Shown here: in pieces, positions 9,314-18,500 of the stretch
Layout: each line of letters begins with the position of its first letter
How positions within the stretch are numbered: the first letter of the stretch is position 1
Assembly (NCBI GenBank): GCA_947085655.1
Contig: CAMTXH010000006.1
Coordinates: 70,498-134,497, forward strand
From: an uncultured Omnitrophica bacterium
GTDB lineage: Bacteria; Omnitrophota; Gorgyraeia; JACQQV01
Reading direction: 5' to 3'
DNA: 64,000 bases
Translations under genes and position numbers: made by a program
Notes under the pieces: generated by a model
Databases searched by the model: none
What the model saw: the letters and a program-made list of their open reading frames with translations, nothing else
What the model was told of the DNA's origin: nothing

Positions 9314-11805
9314 CCCTGCACCACAAGATTCACCAGTTTCTGGGGAACAATGATCCACTGTTTGACCCGTTTTCCGTTCAGCCACTTTTGAACAGCGCTC
9401 TCCCCCAAAATCTTCTTCTTCAGCTCATCTTCGGAGACGCCGGCGCTCACCTGGAGTTTCGCGCGAACTTTACCGTTTACCTGAACCACCAGTGTAAATT
9501 CCTCTGTTTCCAAGGCGGAAGGATCGTATTCCGGCCAGGGAGCCCGAAAAATACTTTCCTTGTGGCCCAGCAAAGACCAGAGCTCCTCAGCCAAATGAGG
9601 TACAAAAGGAGCAAGAAGATAGACCAAAATTTCGGAGGCCTCCCGAAGGAGGAGTTTTTCGTTTTTCGAAAGGGTCCTTGGGTCCTCTCCGAGAGTGCGG
9701 GCCATCTCATTGACCAGTTCCATGGTGGAAGCGATGGCGGTGTTGAATCGGAAAGAGCCCTCCATATCCTCTGTCACCTTTTTGAGTGTTGTGTGCACTT
9801 TCCGCCGGAGGACCTTCCCCTTTTCATCCGGTACCACCCGTTCCAAAGCGGACTCCTTCGGGGCGCCGCTCGCCGAAAGGGCTTTCAGAAGCCGCCAGAC
9901 CCGGTTTAAAAACCGGAAAGAACCCTCCACCGCCCGGTCATTCCACTCCGCATCCTTCTCGGGAGGGCCGATGAAAAGCGTGTAAAGACGGACCGTATCC
10001 ACACCGAACCGCTCGATTAGTTCGTCCGGACTGACCACATTTCCCTTCGACTTGGACATCTTCATCCCGTCTTTGATAATCATCCCCTGTGTAAAGAGCC
10101 GCTCAAACGGCTCGTCAAAGGAAAGATATTTCAGATCGTGAAGCACCTTTACGATGAAGCGGGAATAGAGAAGATGAAGAATCGCATGCTCCACTCCCCC
10201 GATATACTGGTCAACGGGAAGCCATCGGTTCACCACCTCTGGGTCAAACGGTCTTTTGCTCTCCTTGGGGGAAAGATACCGGAGAAAATACCAGCTTGAG
10301 TCCACAAAGGTGTCCATCGTATCGATTTCCCGACGGGCCCTGCCCCGACACCGGGGGCAGACTGCATTGACAAATTCCGGCACATCTTTCAAGGGAGACT
10401 CGCCGGTCGGTTTAAAAGAGACCTCTTCCGGCAATAGGACCGGGAGCTCTTTTTCCGGCACCGGGAGGATACCGCACCGGTCGCAATAGAGGATCGGGAT
10501 CGGCGCCCCCCAGTAACGCTGCCGGGAAATCAGCCAGTCCCGGAGCCGGTAGGCCGAGGCGCGGCGTCCGATTTTCCTTTTCTCCATGTCATCGGCGATC
10601 TTCTCCATCCCTTCACGGCTCGGAAGGCCGTTAAAAGGGCCGGAATGGACAAGGATTCCTTCCTCTATATAGGCCGCCTCAAGGCGGGAGGCCTCAAGCG
10701 GTTCCCGGGGGTTATCAATCACCACCTCGATCGGGAGGCGGTATTGTTTGGCAAATTCAAAGTCCCTCTGATCATGCGCCGGAACAGCCATCACCGCCCC
10801 GGTTCCGTACTCGAGGAGGACATAATTCGCCACCCAAAGGGGGATTTCCTTTCCTGTCATCGGGTTGGTGACGGTCCGTCCGGTGAAGATTCCCTCTTTC
10901 TTCGTCTCGAGGGCGGAACGCTCCTCCTTGTTCTGTCGAAGAACCCGTTCCACGAATGATTCGATCTCCTGCCGGTTGGGGGAGCGGGCAATCAGCGATT
11001 CGAGGCGGGGATGTTCAGGGGCCATGACCATGTAGGTTGCGCCGTAAATTGTATCAACCCGGGTGGTGAAGCATCTCAGCGGCTCCTCTTCCTTGATTGG
11101 AAAATCAATTTCCACGCCGGTACTCTTTCCGATCCAGTTCCGCTGCATGATCCGGACGCGCTCCGGCCAGTCGGTCAGCTTTTCCAAGTCCAGAAGCAGC
11201 CGATCAGCGTAATCGGTAATCTTGAAAAACCACTGTTCCAAAAATTTCTGGATGACCGGCGTTTCGCAACGTTCGCAGGCACCATTCACCACCTGCTCGT
11301 TGGCCAAAACGGTCTGGCAGGAAGAACACCAATTGGCCGCCGCCCGTTTTTTATAGGCGAGCCCCTTCTCAAAAAGTTTCAGAAAGATCCACTGGGTCCA
11401 TTTGTAGTAATCGGGCAGACAGGAGGTTACTTCCCTCCGCCAGTCATAGCAGACCCCCCACTGCCGGAGCTGCCGTTTCATGGTCGCAATATTGGCGAGG
11501 GTCGATTTCTTCGGATGAAGTCCCCCCTTGATGGCGGCATTTTCCGCCGGGAGCCCGAAGGCATCCCACCCGATCGGGGAAAGAACGTTGAAGCCCTTCA
11601 TCCGCTTGTACCGGGCCACGACATCCCCGATGATGTAATTGCGGCCGTGCCCGACATGGAGCATCGAGGATGGGTACGGGAACATCACGAGGCAATAATA
11701 CTTCCCCTCGGTTCGGGAGGTGTCCGTTTCAAACAGGCGCTCTTTCTCCCAAAACGCCTGCCATTTGGGTTCGATGGTCTGGTACGGATAGGTCTCTTCG
11801 GTCAT
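9310..11805 (-). CDS. leuS: leucine--tRNA ligase
   Basis: HMGH-type HIGH motif (HVGHGRNY) and KMSKS motif present. Start placed at MTEETYPYQTIEPKWQ (the ORF-track start is 24 codons upstream). Confidence 0.95.
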   Translation of the reverse strand: MTEETYPYQTIEPKWQAFWEKERLFETDTSRTEGKYYCLVMFPYPSSMLHVGHGRNYIIGDVVARYKRMKGFNVLSPIGWDAFGLPAENAAIKGGLHPKKSTLANIATMKRQLRQWGVCYDWRREVTSCLPDYYKWTQWIFLKLFEKGLAYKKRAAANWCSSCQTVLANEQVVNGACERCETPVIQKFLEQWFFKITDYADRLLLDLEKLTDWPERVRIMQRNWIGKSTGVEIDFPIKEEEPLRCFTTRVDTIYGATYMVMAPEHPRLESLIARSPNRQEIESFVERVLRQNKEERSALETKKEGIFTGRTVTNPMTGKEIPLWVANYVLLEYGTGAVMAVPAHDQRDFEFAKQYRLPIEVVIDNPREPLEASRLEAAYIEEGILVHSGPFNGLPSREGMEKIADDMEKRKIGRRASAYRLRDWLISRQRYWGAPIPILYCDRCGILPVPEKELPVLLPEEVSFKPTGESPLKDVPEFVNAVCPRCRGRARREIDTMDTFVDSSWYFLRYLSPKESKRPFDPEVVNRWLPVDQYIGGVEHAILHLLYSRFIVKVLHDLKYLSFDEPFERLFTQGMIIKDGMKMSKSKGNVVSPDELIERFGVDTVRLYTLFIGPPEKDAEWNDRAVEGSFRFLNRVWRLLKALSASGAPKESALERVVPDEKGKVLRRKVHTTLKKVTEDMEGSFRFNTAIASTMELVNEMARTLGEDPRTLSKNEKLLLREASEILVYLLAPFVPHLAEELWSLLGHKESIFRAPWPEYDPSALETEEFTLVVQVNGKVRAKLQVSAGVSEDELKKKILGESAVQKWLNGKRVKQWIIVPQKLVNLVVQG

Positions 11806-11810
11806 CTGGA

Positions 11811-11839
11811 TTGTCTTTCGGGAATCTTTACCGTATAAT
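11811..11839 (+). promoter_or_regulatory. sigma70-like promoter for tRNA-Ala (TTGTCT-N17-TATAAT)
   Basis: -35 at 11811-11816 and -10 at 11834-11839, 13 nt before the tRNA 5' end. Confidence 0.4.
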
Positions 11840-11852
11840 AATATCCGATCGT

Positions 11853-11928
11853 GGGGCAGTGGTGCAGTTGGGAGCACACCTGAATGGCATTCAGGAGGTC
11901 AGGGGTTCGATCCCCCTCTGCTCCACCA
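11853..11928 (+). tRNA. tRNA-Ala (anticodon GGC)
   Basis: Hand-folded cloverleaf. Acceptor GGGGCAG/CTGCTCC with the G3:U70 alanine identity pair. Anticodon loop ATGGCAT. T-loop TTCGATC. CCA encoded. Confidence 0.9.
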
Positions 11929-12119
11929 TTTTTTTCATTCCATCCCGCTTGGGGATCGAAGGGAGCCGCGCGCATCCTGTGGATGAAAAGTCCCGAGCGA
12001 ATAGCGAGGGACGTCAGCGCGGCGGGTGGCCGACCGAGCGCGGGTTCAGGGACCCGCGCGAGGCGCCGATCCCCCTCTGCTCCACCATTTTTTTCATTCC
12101 ATCCCGCTTGGGGATCGAA
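11929..12119 (+). repeat. tRNA-associated element copy 1: 107-bp GC-rich core (11961-12067) flanked by a 52-bp direct repeat (11909-11960 = 12068-12119) that includes the last 20 nt of tRNA-Ala
   Basis: Direct comparison of the sequence. The core is >95% identical to 12411-12517. Confidence 0.85.
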
Positions 12120-12153
12120 CAATTTATCATAACATATTGGTGCATAAAAGAAA

Positions 12154-12181
12154 AGGAGCCGTATCAATCGGCTCCTTTTTT
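12154..12181 (+). terminator. rho-independent terminator
   Basis: Stem AGGAGCCG/CGGCTCCT with a 7-nt loop, followed by TTTTT. Confidence 0.7.
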
Positions 12182-12250
12182 CGTTTTTATCATACACGAT
12201 AAAACTGATTTTGTCAATACCCAATTGAAATTTTTTGGTTTTTTTGCGAA

Positions 12251-12279
12251 TTGAAATCCTTTTTAAAGCACTCTATAAT
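12251..12279 (+). promoter_or_regulatory. sigma70-like promoter for tRNA-Leu (TTGAAA-N17-TATAAT)
   Basis: -35 at 12251-12256 and -10 at 12274-12279. The tRNA starts at 12289. Confidence 0.6.
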
Positions 12280-12288
12280 ATGAAATAT

Positions 12289-12375
12289 GCCGAAGTGGCG
12301 GAATTGGTATACGCGCCGGTCTCAAAAACCGGTGGGGGCAACCCTGTGAGAGTTCGACCCTCTCCTTCGGCACCA
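12289..12375 (+). tRNA. tRNA-Leu (anticodon CAA), type II with long variable arm
   Basis: Acceptor GCCGAAG/CTTCGGC. Anticodon loop CTCAAAA. T-arm GAGAG-TTCGACC-CTCTC. CCA encoded. 87 nt. Confidence 0.9.
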
Positions 12376-12400
12376 CTTCTCTGAATTGCTCCAACGTCTT

Positions 12401-12536
12401 GAGGGTCGAAGGGAGCCGCGCGCATCCTGTGGATGAAAAGTCCCGAGCGAATAGCGAGGGACGCCAGCGCGACGGGTGGCCGACCGAGCGCGGGTTCAGG
12501 GACCCGCGCGAGGCGCCGACCCTCTCCTTCGGCACC
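12401..12536 (+). repeat. tRNA-associated element copy 2: same 107-bp core followed by a duplicate of the tRNA-Leu 3' end (cgaccctctccttcggcacc)
   Basis: Near-identical to 11951-12067, but the terminal ~19 nt copy tRNA-Leu rather than tRNA-Ala. The element ends 2 nt before the stop codon of the giant gene. Confidence 0.85.
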
Positions 12537-12538
12537 CC

Positions 12539-15500
12539 TTAGACCTTGTTGAGGTAATCGACATACGCCTCGAAGTAATCCGGGATGACCGGGACAGGGT
12601 CCACATAAATCTTATGCGTGAGGATGGTGAGGAAGGATTTGATGTCTTCCAGGGCTTTCTGGGGATCAGCCGTGCTGACAAATTCGGCAGCCGTATTCAC
12701 CAAAAGAGGGGCAAGATTCAGATAACGGTCATCCCCACCTTTTCGGGGTTCGAAGACCACGAGACGGATACCGGGATTTGAAATTCTAAGGCGCTTCGCT
12801 CTAAGATATCGCTCCCACGCCTTCATCTGGTCCTCACTCGAGACAATGACCAGATTGGAATTTTCCCCAAGGCGTAGTTTAAGGTTGTCCTGAAGAAGGT
12901 TCACCCAGAGAAACTCTTCAATTTGAAATCGATACTGGAGGGGAGGATCATTCTGGTAACGCGCTGACTCTTTTGCATCACCGTAATTTTCCAGAATGTC
13001 ATAGGTGATGACGGCATAAAACTGGTCGCGCCGGAGATGGAACCTTGCCAAATAATTCTCTACCTCCTGCATGGTCACGGTGGGATCCTCGATTAAAAGG
13101 ACATGTTTGAAAACACTCTCTTCGTTATTGAGGGAGTTTCCGGTCTCCCGCGCAAGACGATCCAAAGCCCAAGAGAAACTCTCCCCCATATCCTCCTTTA
13201 ACAGGGAGGATGGAAAAACAAGAATAAACGCCTCTCCGGTTTCCTTTAATCTTTCGCTCGCTTCGCGCATGGCCGGACTGACAGGACGCCGATGGAGCGG
13301 TTCATACGTGGTAAGCCACTCCGGTGTTTTCGCTACATACCGCTCGGCACCGTCCCGAACCCGAATCGGCTCCGGCTGATAAACAACAAGGGCCCGGTTG
13401 TCTTTCCATTCCCTGTGGCTGGCCACTTCGGTCTCCTCCGACAGCCGGTCATTCCGGCGGCTGAGAATGAGCTTTGCTGGTTCGCCGTGGTCCGCCCATC
13501 CGGCTATCTGTTCGGCAAGCCACCGCCTCTGCCCATTGAGGTCGTATGCGATCCCGTCGTCTCCGGCAAGAACCACGCTCTGATCTCCTAAGGGGAGTTC
13601 TCCTTCCAGAAACCATGCTTCCTCGCGTAAATAGGGTCTTATTTTCCGGTCTCCGTAAGAATTGGTAAATCTCCATGAAGGATCCACCCCCTCTGCCCGT
13701 TCGAAGGCCTGGAGGGTTTCATGATAAATCCCTCCCTTTGAAAGGACAATGTTTCTCCCTTTCTCATCCAATGCAGAGTTCTGCTCGGGAGTGGTCAGCC
13801 GGATTTCCCCCTGATCCGCAATCATGAACCAGGCATCCCCTCTTCCGAATCCGGAGACTTTCCGCTGGTCCCCCTTCTTCCGGATAAAGGCAACGGCGGC
13901 GGTTGCGCCCGATTCCATTTGATCCGTCAGTTTCCGAAGTGCTCGATCCGTCGCCCGATGGACCTCCATCATATTTTCGCCATGTTCCCGAACGGCTGCT
14001 TCAAAAAGAGAGGGGAGTCTTTGCTTAATCAAATGCGCCGCCTGTTCGTCACGATGCCCATCGATCACAGCAATTAAATCTCCTTCAACCTTTCCCACCC
14101 TTACCGGATGAACAAGGACGCGACTCTCCTGCCCCTCCCGTCCCTTGCCGATATCGGCCACATAGCTGATCTTCCCGCCCGAGACGGCATCCGTCACCCC
14201 AAATTCGTGCTCCACATTCCAACTGTATCGCTCACCGTTAAAAAGCCAAAATCCGTTTACAAACCTGTGATTCTCCATCCGCCATCGGCCGTCCAGATTT
14301 TCCTCGAAAAGTTCGATTCCCTTTTGAAGTTGTGCCTCCGTATGAAGTTTGTGCCCGAGTTCCGGATGATGCGTATGTCCCGCTCGGACCATTGCCAGTT
14401 CTTCCTGTGCCTGCTCGAGCGCTTCTTGAATTTTCGCCTCCATCAAAAGGTCCACGTCCAGAGGGTTTTTGGTCGCACTCTTGGTTTTACTGAGAATATG
14501 CCTTAGCACCACCTCCAGTCGAAGGAGAACATCCCCAATAATATCATTTTCAGGGCCGGGACCGACTTTCCGGGTAAAGTGAATCAGACGCTCCCCTGCC
14601 TTAACCCGCTGTGCCACGATACTTCCAAAACCTAGATGGGTCTCTTTTCCGTCCTCTACCTCGAAAACGGTGTTTGTGCCGATAAAGGTCGTCTCAAGAA
14701 TGATTCTCCCGGTGGAATCGGGACGATCCAGGATCACCGTGGAGCCGCCCCCCCAGTTGGGGGCATTCGCCACTGTTTTGGTTTCTCCTTTAACCTTGAA
14801 GGTAATTGGGCGTGCAATGAGGTTCAACGCCCTACTGGCAAGGTGGTGGTTTGTGTAAAGTCCCGAGGCAATGACATTCACATGGAGTGCGCCGATACCC
14901 CGGTTGACCCCCGCCACCGAGTCGTCAAAATGGCTCCTAAAGACTGTTGCGTAGGGCTCAAGGAGATGATCTCTTCCGATATTGCTGAATCTTGAGAGAA
15001 AAAGACTCCCTTCCGTCCGATCCCCGATAAACGAATTTTCAACACGGCCCATCCGCAAGCGGACTTCGTCTCCGAGTTGTGAAACGTTCCTGTCGGTCGA
15101 ATCAATCCACATCCGGACAAGATTCTCTTTCTTTCCGATGGCCGCCTGCTTGATTCGGGAACCCCAGATAAAAGTTTCTTCACCGACTACCGTATCTATC
15201 AGATGGGAGCCGAAAATTTGCGCTCCTTTCCGGATAACCGTCTTTCCTTCCAAAATCACCTCCGGCCCGATGATCGCTTCTTCTTCAATTTCAACCTGAT
15301 CGCCGATAATTGCTGTCGGGTCGATATCGGCAATAGCACCGAATTCCTCAAGAGGATTGACTCTCCTTTCACCCTTCGTCGGCTCAAACGTCCCTGGAAG
15401 ATGCGCCTCCGTTAGGATCGGTTCATAGTCCGGCACCCGGTCCCGCGGGATTTTCGGATCGTTTTCAGGAAGGTCTTTGAAAAGAGTTTGGCGGTAATCC

Positions 15501-18500
15501 GATGCAGAAATGCCTTCCAATGAGGCGATTCTTTTTAGATCGAGCGCTTCATGAGTCCATGTGCCGTTCTCAAATTTCCAACGGGAGTCTTTTGTTCCAT
15601 TCTGATATCGCCACGCACCGCTATCGATATGGAGCCGATAGGCCTCCCGCCATTTTTCAAGGAGGGCGATCCGCTCAGGGTCCTGGTCATCCGTGAATTT
15701 TGCCCTTTCCTCTGCAAGCTCCGCCTCCACGAGTGCTTTCCCGGTTTCAAGCATCTCAACCGGAAAGTCGTCCACTTCCGGCTTTTTCTCATCGGGCAGA
15801 GCATCAATCATTTCCTGCATCAGGGCAAAGACTGTGTCGGGGCTTTCGGTAAAAAGGAAAGGAACAGAAGTCGCTTTCCGGCTCAAACCGAACTTTGCCG
15901 CACCCGGAAGTGCCACGCCCCAATCATCCCATGCCGGTTTCCGCCGAACAGGAGAGCCGATCATTGAAAAGGGAGTTGCATGCGTGAGATTCCGGTTGGC
16001 CATCAGTGTCAGGGGATCGGAAGAGGGTTGTCCTCCGGCAAGGGCGATCCACCGTAAATAAGGACCCAAAATTGAAAGAGGATCGACCAAGAGGTAACCA
16101 TGGGCGCTCGATTCCGAGCCGTCGATTCCCCTGATCCGGATAGGCGGCAAAAGCGTTTTCGGATCCCGCGGGACAATTTGAATCATTTCCTCTTCCTTAA
16201 ATTCTTCATAAAGACCGTGTTTATGCGCTTTGAGCGGATTCAAGGTGCCGAGGTAACTCGAATCAACCACGTTCCGTCCGATATGGGCAATCGCTGGAAG
16301 GTTAAAGGTTTTACGGAGATGGAATCTCCGTCCGTCAAAGCGGAGGGAGACGATTCGATTGCGATGGAGAACCGAATCGATAAAGGCTTGGGCATTGAGA
16401 CGGTAGCCATGGCCGAGCCATGCCTCGCTCACTTCAATCGGAAGTTCGTGGCTTCCTTCAATAGAAACGTCATCCTCCGTATGGACAAGGGTCATTTTTG
16501 TATGAAGGAGCCGGTTCTCTTTCCCGATTTCGCTATTTTGATAGACGCCGCTTTCAATTTCCGTCCTTAAGCCGACGGTTGTATTAACGAGTCTTGCGCC
16601 ATTCACCCGCGCTTCCGGACCGACCCGCGTCTGGCTACCGGAGACCGTATATTCCCTTTTTCCGGAGAAATCCTTCCGGTCGAAGGACCAGTCCTCAAAC
16701 TTTCCAGGTTTACCGGTCGTCTCCAAAACAGCGTGGGAGACAATAGCGCGGTCTCCGACCACGGCTCCCGAAACAAAACTCGAATCGACCGCGGAGTCAA
16801 CGCCGAGTTCCACGGCATGATCCTTTGTCGCCTGAATGTAACTTCTCCCGGTGATCCGGGCACCTTGCAAGATCACGATCAGCCCTTCCCGCGCATCAAA
16901 CACCACTTCATCCCCGATGGCTCCGGCCCGCTCCAGTCCGAAAATATTCCGCGGGTCACCCAAGATTTTGTAGGCCCCGTCTTTGGCGCTCCGCCGCAGT
17001 TCGCGAAGCTGTCTCCTCAAATCGCTCAACGCCGAAGCCAGTTCTTCGCCTCGCTCCGATCGTCTTTCATGGGGATTCAGCCGCGCAAAACTGCTTTCGT
17101 GGGAAGAAATGCTTCTCCTTAACTCCTTGATCCGGGTGTGGAGATACCGTTCGGCTTCATACCGCTTCGGTTTTTTGTATTTCCTTGGGCCGCGGTATCC
17201 CCCGTCCCGGGCTTCTCCGGTCAGTCCGTCGCGGGCATTGGCCACACGGAGGCGCAGATCATCCAACTCTCTGATCCGGTCAATGTTTCCGGCGTCCTTC
17301 TTCTCTTCCTCGATGAGTTGACCGGCCTCACCGAACAATTGCTTTCGTTCATCTCGGATGGCGCTCAGCCGGTTCTGCGCGACACCCCCTTTTTCTTCTC
17401 TTGCGAGTTCCTCCAAAGAGGTGATAATTGCCTCAACGCGGGCAACGCGATTCCCGCCATCCTCAGCGTCCGGCGTTAAGTCATACCGTTCGTTTATCAA
17501 CTCCATAATTTCTTCCTGAATATCCCAAAGGCGCTTTTCAATCTCCGGGGTTATCTCTTTTGACCTGAGTTCTTCGCCCTCCAACTCCAATGCTCTTATA
17601 CGTGTGTTGATGTTGCGAATCTCGCGCATCCGGCTGCCCCCCTCCGGCGCTGTAAGGGTGCCTGCGGAAGGATCCCAGTGAGTGAGGTTTGCAAAGTGAA
17701 TCTCCTCTCCCTCCCCGAATTCTTCGGTCTCATGGTCGTCCCCCAGGAAGTAATGGCCTTCGGGAATCAGAGGTTTCTTCCGGTAAACCGTGTGCAAAAC
17801 GCCGGTAATGAGGCCGTTTTCGTCCGCTTCCGGCTCTGCGCCGATCACCTCCCGGACTTCGACTCCCAATGCCTTGAGACTTTCCCGAATATCCTCTCTT
17901 TCAAAGAAAAGGCGCGCTGCCGGCGCAAAACTTCTGGTCAAAATGGTGAGCCGGACCTGCTCATGTCCCCCTCTCCGTTTGAAGGCCTTCACCCACTCCA
18001 CAAATCTTGGATTCAGGGAATACCTTTTGGACATCTCTTCAAAATCATCCGTCCTGAGGAGTCTCGCATACATATTGAGATACGCCTGCCAACTGGCTTC
18101 GCCCGGATTCTCCCTGACTTCGTCGAGTCTCCGGCGGTGTTCTTCATCCACCCACGCCGGGTCGACCCCGGTCTTCTTCACCCATTCCCGGTAAGGGATC
18201 TCCTCGGAAACCACCGTCCCCTCAAAGTCGGCAAAGATATCGTTTTCGGCATAAACTCTTTCGGAGCCATCAAAGGCATTCTCCCTTTCTCCCAAAAACT
18301 CGACCCGGAAGGCCTCTGCCCAAGGAGGATGGAAAGGGGGGATTTTTCCCTTTCCTCCCTTTTCCCCTTCACCTCGCATGACGATTTCCATACCGATACT
18401 CGCCATCTGTCTGGCACGGTAACGGGCCGCCTTTGCTCTCTTTTCGATCTCTGGATCGCCGCTTCTTACTTCAAGCGCCGTCTCAAACGGATAAATGGCG

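Noticed and set aside
11011-11838. 275-aa plus-strand ORF
   Set aside because: Antisense within leuS.
11951-12087. Possibility that the 107-bp core plus tRNA 3' end is itself a tRNA or tRNA-like gene
   Set aside because: No 5' acceptor or D-arm partner for the duplicated 3' strand could be found. No cloverleaf can be drawn. Treated as an inserted element or structured RNA instead.
11802-12224. ORFs 11884-12132 (+) and 11802-12224 (-) with an internally repeated peptide (SPSAPPFFSFHPAWGS x2)
   Set aside because: They span tRNA-Ala and the tandem 52-bp/107-bp DNA repeat. The peptide repeat is only the DNA repeat being translated. Not coding.
12263-12535. 90-aa minus-strand ORF
   Set aside because: Lies entirely over tRNA-Leu and element copy 2.
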